NCBI GenBank assembly: GCA_012295275.1
Contig: CM022668.1
Coordinates: 15,748,001 to 15,812,000, forward strand
Direction of reading: 5' to 3'
Origin: Chrysomallon squamiferum
Taxonomy: Eukaryota > Animalia > Mollusca
Length of the DNA stretch: 64,000 nucleotides
The notes beneath the pieces were generated by a model. That model saw only the letters and a list, made by a program, of their open reading frames with translations, was not told the origin of the DNA and searched no databases. A program made the position numbers and the translations under genes. Positions 13,956 to 28,500 of the stretch are shown here, one piece after another. The first letter of the stretch is position 1; each line of letters opens with the position of its first letter.

Positions 13956-15196
13956 ATCTTCTTTTCGATTTTCTTGTAACAAGTTTTCAAGTCTTACTCA
14001 AAAGTCAGGAAAAGAAGTTTTCAGATTTCAACAGCCATTGTTTCCCCTGCGAAGTCGTCATCATCCCCCCCCGCTTCACCTACAGATATACCCCCGTCTC
14101 TCCACGTGCACCCGTCGTGTTCGTATCCCCACTCCCGACACTTTTTGTATTTTTGTTTATTCGAATTCAACAGATGGTTCTCAACCGAGATAAAAATCGT
14201 GTATCGGGCCCGTGCATGTGGTCCGGTCCGCAGATCAAACAAAACCTAGCCTCGATTTGACTTTTCAGACAAAATAAACCATCATTATCGATTATTGTTA
14301 TTCGCACTGAAAAAAAGAAAAAAAGAAGAAGAAAAAACTCCTCTCGCCCTTACCCCAACAGCCGCAATATGTAACGTTTTTCGCAAAATTAGCGAATTTG
14401 CGACATCTGTATCGAGTTACGGCAATCCATCATGGCGGCGGGTATAAAAATAAACAAAGCACCTGCACGTACGGTTTTTTTTTTTCACGCGTAAACACGA
14501 TAGTCGAAGAATTAAGACAAGAAAAACTTTTCAGCTATCAAAATATATATACAGAACTGCGAATTTAAGAGGAGGCAAAAGGGCATGTCAGTTTAGCGGC
14601 GTATCTTGTAATCAGGTACAAGCGATGGGAGTTTTCTTCGCGGTATTCTCGTTGTTTTTTTTCTTTACAGAAGCCATACGAGCGGCTGTCATTTTTGTAG
14701 ACATCATTGCATTGAGTGTGTGTCTGTTTGTGTGTGTGTATGTGTGTTTGTAAGTGTGTTTAGGTCTGAAAGTTTGTATGCGTGTATTTGTGTATGTAGG
14801 TGTGTATGTGTGTGTGTGCGTGCGTCTTTCTGTTTACCTTTCTGATCGTTGTTATTATACTTTATATTTTCTTCATTTTTTTTAAAAATGTTTAGCTGTT
14901 GTTGTTTTTTTTTTCTTTTTTTTCTCTGCGACATTTGTAATTAAAAATGATAATATTATATCTGAGAGTAAAACAAACCCCATTCTTTTTTTTTTTTTTT
15001 TTTTTTTTTGAGCGTAGCATATCAAATTTAAAAAAAAAAAAATCTCTCTTTCTTTATTTTTATTAATATTGTTGTCATTGGTATTATTATAACTCTTGTT
15101 GTTCATTTAAAAAATAGGTTTTTCTTTCTTTTACCAATCTGTCTGTCTGTCTGTATGTCTGTCTGTCTCTCTGTCTGTCTGTATCTATTTACCTAT

Positions 15197-15228
<32 letters not shown>

Positions 15229-15451
15229 TTAAAAATCAAGGTTGGTTAAATCATTTAGCCTATATAAAATAAAGTCAGTAACTGTATGTGTGTGTGTGTG
15301 TGTTTCTGTCTGTCTGTGTGTGTGTCTGTGTGTGTGTGTGTCTGTGTGTGTGTCTGTTTTCACATAAGATAGTACGTACAAATAAAATAACATACTAACA
15401 ACTGAAGTACAAAATGATGATAATAATAATAATAATAAAAATAAAAATAAA

Positions 15452-15508
<57 letters not shown>

Positions 15509-15567
15509 CTGTTCAAAACACAACAGGGAAATTGTAGACACGTCTTTGTTTATTTAAGTTAACTGAG

Positions 15568-15605
<38 letters not shown>

Positions 15606-15995
15606 CTGTCAAGTTGTTCTTAACAACTTATTTGAGGAAACCTTGGAAAGTTTATTTTTTTATGTTTTTTTTTAATAATAATTTACGTTTATCATCAGCT
15701 CAGTAATTACTTTTATGTAATACAGCAGATTAAAGTGTTCAAAGTACTTGCAGTGTATGCTGGGACCTGTAATTAACCAAGGAATTCCCTGTTACCATGG
15801 ATATTACGTCAGTAAGATTAAAGTGCGTGTCTTGTGACGTATTATTATAAAAATAGATTTTTGCTTAGTACGGAGTTTTTAAATAGAGTACTGGAGTGAA
15901 ATGTTTTATAAGAAATTGTTGTTTAAACAAATTAGTCATTTCTCATTCATACAGTTTTAAAAATGCATGTATACATTTTATTATCGTTGTTGTTG

Positions 15996-16055
<60 letters not shown>

Positions 16056-16822
16056 CGTTTATGTTAGTTGTCCTCGTTATCATTATCATCATTATTTTCA
16101 GCATTACTATTTTACACTTCTTTTTTACCTTTTTGGTCATCACCATATGTGTGTGTGCGTACGTGCGTGCGCGCGTGTGTCTGTGCGTCTGTCTTTGTGT
16201 GTGTGTATGTGTGTTTATATTTCTAGCAACAGCACAATAACGGAACTCGTGGAACGGTCATTGACGTAGTCACAGTTTCTGTAAATGTAGACGATTAACG
16301 AACTCAACTGGGCTGTACAGAGAGGCCAACTTAAGAAGATTACGGCTTACGGATGACTAGCCCTCTATTCACAAACGAACTATGCTCGGTCTTTAAGGCC
16401 TTTAAGAGGCGGAAAACTATTTGTATCTTTGTGTTTTTCACTATAACAACATTCCCAGCAACTTAATGACAGCACCGTGGGGCAAGTCTCGTGTGTCTTA
16501 AGGAGGAGGAGGGGGGGGGGCGATAATGAAAGGGGAGAGTAAGGAGGACGTTTCGAAATTTGAGTTTATATTTTTAAAAAAATTCAAAAATTTAGTTCAT
16601 ATTTTACTACTACAACTACTACTACTACTGCCCAAACCACTGTACTACTACTACTACTACTACTATTACTACTACCACTGCTGCTACTACTACTGTTATT
16701 ATAAAAAAAAATTAACATTAAGATATTTACGAAAGAGCAATGGTTTTAGATGTTTTGCAAACCAAACAGACGATTTGAATAAATAAATAAAGACTAAAAA
16801 TATTTAACAAGTATGATGATTA

Positions 16823-16878
<56 letters not shown>

Positions 16879-17158
16879 TAAATGATAATGATAATGATAA
16901 TAACAACAACAATAATAATAATAATTTTATTTTTAAATTAATAATAATAATAATAACAATAATAATAATATAATTCAATAAATAAATATACCAATCAAAT
17001 TAAATAAATAATAAAACAACAACAAAAAATACAGAATCAAGTAAAATAATAAATTAAAAAACAAAAAATCAAAAACAAAAAACAACTAAAAAAACAACAA
17101 CAAACAACACCAACAATAAGAAAATGAAAATAAAGATAAATATAAAACAATAGCAGGG

Positions 17159-17235
<77 letters not shown>

Positions 17236-17967
17236 AATGAACAAATAAACAAATAAATAAGAAAATAAATAAATATGCAATAAAAATAAAATAATCAGCA
17301 AACAAATAAAATATACATATAAATTTAAGAATAAAAATAGTTTTCAAAAAATAAAAAATAAATAAATAAATAAATAAATAAAGACGAAACCATAAAACCT
17401 CAAATAAAAACTATAAGTGAAAACGTAAAGCAAACATACATGTAAATAAATGAATTAGTTTAGCCGATATTATATAGCTTGATAACATTTTTTTTAAAAA
17501 GGTATTTTTTTGCAAAATAAGAATCTAATAGGATTGCTGGTGTCAAACTCTCGTTTGAAACGAGATTTTGTTCTCTAACCTTATTTATTATCATTTTTAT
17601 ACCTTAATTAATTTACAAATTACGTGAAGTATTAGAAATCTTTAATCCAATTTGCGACAAATAGCATTATTTTTGACATTTGGTCTTTGAAATCGTTGTA
17701 ATCTTGTTTGTTTGGTTTTTAAATTAGAATTTTGTGTTCATTTGTTTTCTTTTTTTTTCTATTTTTTGATCACCAGTAACTGATAAACATACAGGGGTCA
17801 TCTGATATCTTTGTATTTTTCTTGTCTTTCTCTGTTATTATTATTATTATATTATTATATTATTATTATTACTGCTACTACTATTATTACAATAGTAGTA
17901 GTAGTAATAGTGCCAATATCACTAGTGTTGATGATAATAAAAAAAAAGATGATCATAGTGATATGTA

Positions 17968-18021
<54 letters not shown>

Positions 18022-19158
18022 TATACGTATCAGAAGAAACTCAATAAAACTGAAATAAAAAATTTAAAATAATAACTAAGAATAAAAATAGTAACTGTAA
18101 TAAATAAATAAATAAATAAATAAGAAAGAAGGAAAGAAAATTAGAGAAAGAAAAGAATAAAGTTAAAAAAAAAATAAAAAAAAAAAAAATAATAATAATA
18201 TCCCTGAATAAAAGGATACAAGAGTTTATCATGTTTACAACATTTAATTAGACCTAATGCATTCCTTATGTTTACAATATACTTACAATGCCTACGTTTA
18301 GCTATGTTATTTTTCCCCAATATTTACAAAGCGTCTATGTAACAATACTTAGCCGGCACTGATTAACATAAATACGGTAATTTTGCGGCTTTAGCAAAAG
18401 AAGTTTCAATACTTGCAACACGATTTTGGTTAGTATTACGTCACGTGACTCCAATAACGCGTGCACGAAGGTTTCATAACGAGGCTCATTAATAAAAATC
18501 CTAATCTATAAGAGCACGTGACACAGGGAAAGTGGGTTGCTATGTAATGAATGTGTTTTGACACTAAACCTTACTTACCCCGATTACGTCATCGGCTCAG
18601 TCCTAATTTAGTTTGTTAGGTTTGCTTTATGAACGCTTTCATATACATATATATGAAAATGTATATTTATTTATTTATTTATTTTATCATCATAATCATC
18701 ATAATTTCACCATTAAAAATTGTTATCATGTTCGTAATCACTATAGTTTTATTTTATTATAATCTCATTTTATCATCACTATTTTATTATCATCAATATT
18801 ATTATCATTAATATATTATCATCATCATCACTGGTGCTGCGGTTTGCCACTGTCAATGCTAATGTTATTACGACATCTCCTACTACTACTACAACAGTTA
18901 TTAATTTGATACTGGGATGTTGTAGTAATTATTATTGAAATTAATTGTTTTATTCTGAATTTTAAAATATGTCACTTTTATTAAAATGTTATTTTTTTAA
19001 ATTTCTTTGAAAATAATTTCTCATTAAGTATAGAGAAATTTTATTTATATTTGATCCTCTGACTGCTTACAGCTACTACTACTGCTACTGCTAGTACTAC
19101 TACAACTACTTCACTACTACTAGTGTAGCTATTATTACTACTAGCGCTACCATGTTCA

Positions 19159-19208
<50 letters not shown>

Positions 19209-20709
19209 CAGCAATAACAATAATAATAGTAAGAAGAAGAAGAAGAAGAAGAAGAAATAAAAATGCTGAATTATTTGTATTTAAAATGTAAACCAAAAAA
19301 AAAGATTCAATGAACGCTTATTTTTTTTTCCTAATTTATTTATCAAATTGCTTTAATTATTCTTAATAACTATTTCAATTTATTTCGTTCCCTTCGTTCT
19401 TCGCTGTATTGTTAACAAATACATACAATCATTTATATTAACAGCTAAAGGATAAATCCACATTTAACGAATCTAATTCAAAGAAAAAAAAAAAAAAAAA
19501 AAAAAATTTGCAGACGAAGATCCACAAAATTGATGACTGAAACAGAAAACGCGGGCTGCGATACATCTGCTCCGCAGGGGGGCGTATTGACAAATTGCTG
19601 ACGTTTCGTTTGACAGGAGGCCACGCCCACCTCATTAGCAAAACGTTTCAGAAATGATAGGCCGCGCCAAACTCGTTTGCTCTACGTAAACACTGAACGC
19701 AACGGGTTACCTCTAATACGAATATCGTTTTTCCCTGCTCCCTCGGTTTACAGAGTATGAATTATTATTTTAGAACGGTGTGTGTGTGTGTCTGTGTGTC
19801 TGTGTGTGTGTATGTGTGTGTGTGTGTATTTGTTGTTGTTGTCTTATTGTTATTGTTTTTGTTTTGTTACTATTTACTTATTTATTTATTGTTGTTGTTG
19901 TTATTTCTTATTCCAACGTTAACAATTTTCTGCATTGTATTATAGTGTGTAATATTTGTAATAAAAAAGAAATTAATATGAAAATAGTATCACTACTACT
20001 GCTACTATTACTACTACTACAGCTAGCACCACCAGCACAACAGCTACAACTACTGCCAACATTATACTACTATTGCAAACAACAATAACATAAAAGAAGC
20101 AAGTGTAGTAGTAGTAGTAGTAGTAGTAGTAGTTGTTGTTGTTGTTGTAGTAGTTGTAGTGATTTTTCTTATCTAATTATGACTTAAAACAAAAGATACA
20201 TACCTTCACATACAGAAAGCGAAAACCCCAATAAATTAGTCTTTGATGACGTAATAACGATTGTTGACGTCACTTGCCTGTTCGGATTTAATCATCAAGT
20301 TCCGTCTGTATATAACGTATAATTGTAGCTTACATTATGAGGAAGAGTAATAATAGTAAACAAACAAACAAACAAACAAACAAACAAACAAACAAATAAA
20401 TAAAGTGAACTTACAATATACAGAGATTACTTTGTGCTGTTGTTGTTATCATTATTATTATTTTAATTTATTATTATCATCGTCATCATCATCATTATCA
20501 TCACCATCGTCATTATTATCATCATCACTTTTCAAAAATTAATTTGTTATAACTCTGTTTTCCCGATCTGCTACATATAAATTCATTCAACGGTGAAAGT
20601 ATTTGTCATTTTGGCTTAGATTTTACCTTTTACCTGTATGAAATATTTCTTCATATTATAAAACTTTATAAAACTTTGACATGGTTGTTGTTTCACTACT
20701 GGTTTGTAG

Positions 20710-20774
<65 letters not shown>

Positions 20775-20789
20775 ACTCTCTCTCTCTCT

Positions 20790-21082
20790 TCTCGTTCAGC
20801 TGTGTGTATCAGGAGGACACAAAGAAAAACTCTGCGAACTTTGGCATAATTAGAGCGAATTTTCAGTGTCGAGATATCAGAGCGAGTGATACGAGGAGCG
20901 CTCGTACCCCGGTGTGCAAATGACACGAACAAAAAGGAATTTTGTACACAAATTTGCTCTCCTGTTGTAGCATTGTGCGCATGAACAAAGGAAGTAGTGC
21001 GGCAGGACAAAAGACGGCACGATAAGGAACAAAAGAGCGCAGCAAAAAGAAGTCCCACTTAGCTTGTAGCTCTGTGAGGGTG

Positions 21083-21114
<32 letters not shown>

Positions 21115-21350
21115 TGAAGAAAAAAAAAAAGAAAAAAAAGAAAGAAGAGTTCCGTCTTTGTAACAAATGGGCCTTTGTGATTGGTGCGCCGTGCCGAAGG
21201 AGGAAAAACCAACAAAAACTCTTGCTAATTATGACCACCGTGTTGTGATTTTTCGACGGTGCCCGCTTGAGACTGGGTTATGTCGTGTGATCTTCTCTCT
21301 GTGTAAATAACGTCTTTATCTGAAGTTCACAGAGCTTGAAAATCGTCACT
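20790..21350. promoter_or_regulatory. Candidate enhancer island with Sox/HMG and homeodomain motifs
   Basis: Unique CpG-rich island with repeated ACAAAG/ACAAAA/CATTGT/CTTTGT motifs plus CATAATTAG and CTAATTATGAC. Confidence 0.4.
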
Positions 21351-21638
21351 GTGTGTGTGTGTGTAGAGAGAGAAATAATTCAACAAAATGATATACTGAC
21401 AACCTTTTGAAAAAGGAAGACATTTTGGCTCAGAAAGACTCGTGGTCTGCTGTGTTGGGATTTCAGATGCGTACAGCTTAAATATTCAGTTTGAATAAAA
21501 TATGACTAAGAAACGTAATTGTCATTTATTTCAAGGTGTGTTCAAATGTAACCCCATTGGCACAAATAAATGACAAAAAAAGAAGAACGTGATACATACG
21601 CATACACACGTATACCAACACACGCAAGGCAGACGCTA

Positions 21639-21779
<141 letters not shown>

Positions 21780-23789
21780 AGTCAGTCTCTCTCTCTCTCT
21801 TACTCTCTCTCTCTCTCTCTCTCCATCTCTCTCTTAATATATAAACATTAAAACTCAACATAAAAACACAAAAATAATATTAATAACTTTAAACATAAAA
21901 TAAACATTAATAACCGAACCCTAGCATAAACCTTTCTTTTTGACTCATGAACAATTCATTTGAACGTGTGAGTCACATATGATAGCTATTTTTGAACAAA
22001 CTGATGTCAGAACAAAATAGTAAATATAAATTTATGATCTCTGGCCAGTCTTATGGCAATGGCAGAACTGAATTTTAACACCAAGAATCAGTTTCAAGTT
22101 TCTGAGCGATGAATAACTATTTGAATATTAATTAAATTATTTATTCAAATCAAAGCAACAAATAAAAATTTGTGCAAGATTTGTGGGACCGTTAATATAA
22201 CTTTATGTTCTGTTTGGAAGCAATTTATAAGAAAACGTGAAAGACAATATGGTTCCTGTAGCCATTTGGTTTATTGTTTTGTCACCAATACAGAGAGATT
22301 TTTTTGTTTGTCTGTTTATTTCTTCTTTTTGTTGTTGTATATTTGTTTGTTTGTGAATTTGTTTGTTTTTGTTTGTTTGTTTGTTTGTTATTTTGTTTCT
22401 TGTGGTTTTGTTTGTTTGTGTACTTGTTTCTTTTTGTTTGTTTGTTTGTTGTTTACTTATCGTGGAAATAATAACAGTAGTAGGTGAACGAACTTTAGTA
22501 ACAGCAGTTTTAATAGTTGTGATTGTTGATGTAGTTGTAGCATTCAGATTGTAATATTAATAGTAGTGAAAGTAGTAGTAGTAGTTGTAACAATAGTGTT
22601 AGCATTAGTAGTAGTAGAGTAGCATAGAGATACAGCAGTATTAATAGTACTGGAAACGATAATGGTAATAGTGATAGTAGTAGTACTAGTAGTAGTGGTG
22701 GTGGTAATACTACTACTACACTAGTAACAGTAATAGTAGTAGTAGTAGTAGTAGAAGTAGTAGTAGCAGCAGTAATAGTATGTGTAGCAGTGGTGGTGGT
22801 AGTAGTAGTAATAAAACTTATGGTGATGGTGGTAGTAGTTGTAGTAATAATGGTGATGGCGGTGATGTAGTTGTTGTTAGTGTGTTAGATTGCTTTCTTG
22901 TGTGTAATTGATACTTTTTGCGCTTCATATCTTAATTTAATTCTTCTAAAACTTTACTATAAACAAAAATAATAAAAATAATAATAAAAATGATAACCCA
23001 CGCAAAAAAAAAAAAACAAAAATAATAATAATAATAATAATAATAATATATTAAATAAATATCTCTAAATAAACAAACAAACAAATACACAAATAAACAA
23101 ACAAACAGACAAACAAACAGACAAACAAACAGACAAACAGACAAACAGACAGACAGACAACATCATCGGGCTGCAGCAGTTTCCTCTGCGCCGCCTTTAT
23201 TCGGCTCGAAACTCGAAACCGCCGGAATAATCCGAGGTATGCCGACGCCACACGATCGCTCGCCATTTTTACGAGCGTTTTATTGACTTCGGGGAATACT
23301 CGTGTGGGCTTTGCGTCTGCGAACTGCAAATCAAACACGTTTCTCGCTATGGTTTACGAACCGGCGCTGTGATGGATTTAATTGTCGAGAAATGCGAGGT
23401 GTCACGGGCAATTTACGGCCTGATTTATACAGATTTGTCAAAATGGCTGGCGTTTATTGGGCTCGTGCGGGCCCGGAAGTAGCGCCACCTACATGAACGA
23501 GACTGGAAGGAAATAAGTTTTACTTTTATTAATAAATCGTGCGTGAACGTGGAAGAGAGAAATTATATAATTCTCGTGAAAGGAGTTAAAAAAATAAAAT
23601 AAAGAAGAAGACGAAGGAGAAGAAAAAAAAAAGCTTTGTTGATAAAGTGACACTGAAATGTAATGATTGAAGTAAAGTAGTATTTCGTGATGTAATCCTG
23701 GTGATTTTGTTTAAACATTAATTTTAAAAATGGTTATTAATCCGTTCAGGTGTTGCTGTTATTGTTATTATTATTTTCTTCTTCTTCTT

Positions 23790-23849
<60 letters not shown>

Positions 23850-24828
23850 TTTTTTTTTTTTTTTTTTACAAAAGACATGATTAAAATTAGTGCTAAGGTT
23901 TTTGAAACTTACAACAGAATATCAAATAATTAAAAATAAAAATAAACATTAAGGTTTTGTAAAAACCAAACTAATTATCAAAGTTAAAAATGAAATTAAA
24001 AAGTAAAATCCAAAACTGCAGCGGAACATTGAGGTTTAAAAAGTAATAATCAAGTCATATTAAAATAATACTGAAATTTCTGAAACGAACACATTCAAAC
24101 ACTACTTTGTCTAGTATCTATAGAACATATGTTGATTTGAGAACTTATTGATGTCGTTTCTAAAGCAAATAGAAAATAGTATATTACTTTTCTTTTTTTT
24201 TCAATTTTTTTTCTTTCTTTCTTTCTTTCTTTTCTTTTTCTAAGCATTCTGCAGAATTTAGAATGCTTCTGACTTGGCAATCACCGCGGAATTGAAAGAC
24301 CGTATTGATTCCCGCTAAGTACCGCGTTCCACCGCCAGACGATCTTTGTAACTTTCTCTTGTGTGAATTCGGTCTAACCGTTTCGCTTCTATAACCGAGT
24401 TTGTTAGCTTTTCGTTTCTGCAGAAACATCGCTTAATAGATGTCCAAATTGTGCAATCTGTCAATTTCTTCCTAATGGGAGGCAATATCAATTTCTCCAT
24501 CGACTGTTTGACCAACATTTTATCCTGTAAACATTTTTTCAGTCCGACTCCGGCGCGGTCTCATGGTTTACAGTCGAGAACCGCTGGATCCTAGAGAAAA
24601 GATTTGTTTACCCAGCGTAAAAAGTTTCTTGCAAAAATAAATGCACGCAGATGAGAGAGGAGTGAACAAACCACGGGCACCTTGCGAAACGCAAACACAG
24701 AGCGGTGCAGTCTGTGTTTTTCTGCCATTTTCCGTGCAATGGATGCTTTTAGAGCGAACAGACTGAAGCAGACGGCGGGGCTATCATTTCGCGCGCTTTT
24801 CTACTTGGATGCGTTTTCTTCCGATTTT

Positions 24829-24871
<43 letters not shown>

Positions 24872-25140
24872 CTTCTTCTTCTTAATCATATTCAATTTTG
24901 TTTTGTCCCTGCAGGTAGAGAGGGCCGAAGAGCTGCGATGAGTCATTTTTCATTCAATTACAAGAAAAGGTGTTCGAAGGTGATTCGTTTGTGAAAATCG
25001 ATGATTAATCTCTCGGTTCGTTTTTTGTTTTCAGATTGGATTCCTCCTGGTCAGGGAGGTTAAATGAATCTTGCAAGATGAAATAATTTCACTTTAATAA
25101 GCTCTGACGTGTCTTCACGAGAATGCTGCTAGTTTCTTTT

Positions 25141-25733
<593 letters not shown>

Positions 25734-26783
25734 TATGTCTGTATGCCCAGCCTTGTGTTAGAGAGACGGAGAGAGATAGAGAAAGACAGAAGATGAGAGA
25801 AAAAGAGAGTGATAGAGAGATACAAGGAAATGAGATAGAGAGAAAAAGAGATAAAAGAGCGACAGAGATAAACAGAGAGGGAGATAAAAAGATACAGGGT
25901 GAGTGTCATTGCAGTTTCCAAGATAAATTTGATTTTACGATATTTCAAATGTACGTCAAAGTTACGCTACAACTGCGTTACTTTATAATATATTACGTTA
26001 CTTTTACATTACATTACCCATAAAAAAATAATAAAAAAGGAACTAAATTGAAATGGTTTTTTAACACTAATTACATAACAAGAAAAGCAAAGAAAGAAAA
26101 AAAAAAAAACACGCTTTAAAAAGTCTTCGTATTTTCTGCTTCAAATCGATTTTAGTGAGTTTTTCTCCTTCATTTTTTTTTTTTCTTCTTCTTTCGTGTT
26201 TACAGCCATTTTGACCAATCAAAAAATTAGCGTTATTCAATGCCTGACAGCTCTTGTCAAGCAAACATCCCGGATGACTTTAAATGTCCATTTCACGAAG
26301 CTGATGACTGACTTTTAACTTGTTGATCGGCAGGGGTTAATGTTGGGCCACTTGCTTCTGACAGCTTGTACATTTCACTTACAGCAGAAACACCCCCCCC
26401 CCTCCCCAGAAAACAGTCGAGCAGACGAACAAACGAAAGCGAATGAGACGGCGTTTAAAACTCTTCGTAATGTACAAACGAGAAAAATCAATTTGGAACT
26501 TTGTGAGTGGTTTGATAAGAAGAGACACGAGTTCACTTTTGTCGCTAGGAAGGACTTGGATCGCGAAACTGTACTCTCGCGTAGGCTTGGTTTAAGAGGG
26601 ACTTCGGAGATACCGGTTCAATTAGCCCTCCGCACTGGTGGAAATAAACGACTGAAACGAGAGAACAATTGAATTTCTCGTAACGACCGGACGGGAGTAT
26701 TTCTGCAAGATCTAATAAAACCACGAAATCGTTCTTAAATGTGCGTTGTAAAACAAATGCAGATTAATAATACATACGTACAC

Positions 26784-26930
26784 GTACATACATACATACA
26801 TACATACATACATACATACATACATACATACATACATACATACATACATACATACATACATACATACATACATACATACATACATACATACATACATACA
26901 TACATACATACATACGAACATACATACATA
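26784..26930. repeat. (TACA)n tetranucleotide microsatellite
   Basis: Direct reading. Related tracts at about 6070-6165, 30100-30380 and 58721-58830. Confidence 0.95.
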
Positions 26931-27984
26931 AATTAAAAACAAAAACAGTCGAAGATTACGTCAGTGATAGCTGTAGTCGTAGTTGTTGTATTATTATTAA
27001 CAGTATGTGATAATAATAGCAGTGGTAGCAGTGGTGGTGGTGGTGGCGGAGGTCGTAGTGATTGTTGTAGAAAAGAAGAAAGTGATGACGATGTTGAAAG
27101 TAAAGTTGATGATGATGATGAAGGGGATGATGTTGAAGTACAAATAAAATTACTGTAAAATTTCAGATAAAAACAAGAAGAAGAAGAAGAAAGACAGAAA
27201 AGTAGAAAAACAACTGAAGTAACGAATATTCTTTGTCATCATCATCATCATCATCACCATCATCGTCATTATCATCTTTATCAACATCATCGTCTTTTGT
27301 CATCGTCATCATCATCATCATCAACATGTTTTAAGTTATTTCCTCGTTCCCGTCTTCCGTTGTCTAAAATTGTTAAAACTCTTGCTGGATGAAACGGTCA
27401 TTGGAACAAACAAACAAACAAACCATCGTCTGCCCTGATGGACAGCTTAAAACACGCCAGAATGACCCATCAACTTAATTCTTGTCCTCCCCCCCCCTCG
27501 TCCCCGATCACAGCGGAAGTCGCCTGAACCTCGATTACCAAGGTCAGAATACCTAATTACTGAAATGGTGTTCGCCATTGTTGTCCGCTTCCTGGGTAGT
27601 CTCGATAACGGAATACGTTTCGAGTTGTTTGTTAGCCCGCGCGATGCATTGACAATCGAGGTGCAACTGGAAGGACAAGGGTTTTTTTTTTTATTATTTT
27701 TTGTGTGTGTGTGTTTCAAACGTAATGACCACTCACAGAATTCACTTTTACTGAAAATTCATTATTTATTTCAGAGTTTCTGAGAGCTGCTTTAAAACTG
27801 AAGTGTTATGAAGAAGCGAAATAATATTATTAAAGAGCTTCGTTAATTCATTTCTTTCTTTCTTTCTTCTTTCGTTTTTTTCTTTTTTTTTTCTTTCTTT
27901 TTTTTTTTATTCTGTTTATTTCAGTTTTCTCTTTTCTCCTTTTCATCTCTTTCTTTTTCCATTCATTTTATTTAGTTCGTGTGT

Positions 27985-28021
<37 letters not shown>

Positions 28022-28317
28022 TTTTGTGTGTGTGTGTGTGTGTTTCTCTATTTATTTATCTACTTATTTGTCTGTTTGTTTGTTTGTTTGTTTCGTCTGA
28101 TAATTCTGTATAATTCTTTATTCTTCTTTATTTTTATTTTGTTTTTCTTTCATTCGTAATATTTATTTCTTCTTAAAGAATTTTTCTTCTTTTTCATCTT
28201 TTTCATCTTCCTTTTTTTAATTTTTTTTCTTCTTATAAGATGTAATTCATTAATGACTTTTAAAAATATTATATTTGTAATCAAGCAAATGTTTTTGTTT
28301 TAATAATAATAATAGTG

Positions 28318-28359
<42 letters not shown>

Positions 28360-28460
28360 TAATAATAGTAATAATATAATAGTTATTATTATTACTATTA
28401 TTATCATCATCATCATCAACATCATTGTTGTTGTTATTATTTTGTACTTCTTCTTCTTTT

Positions 28461-28500
<40 letters not shown>

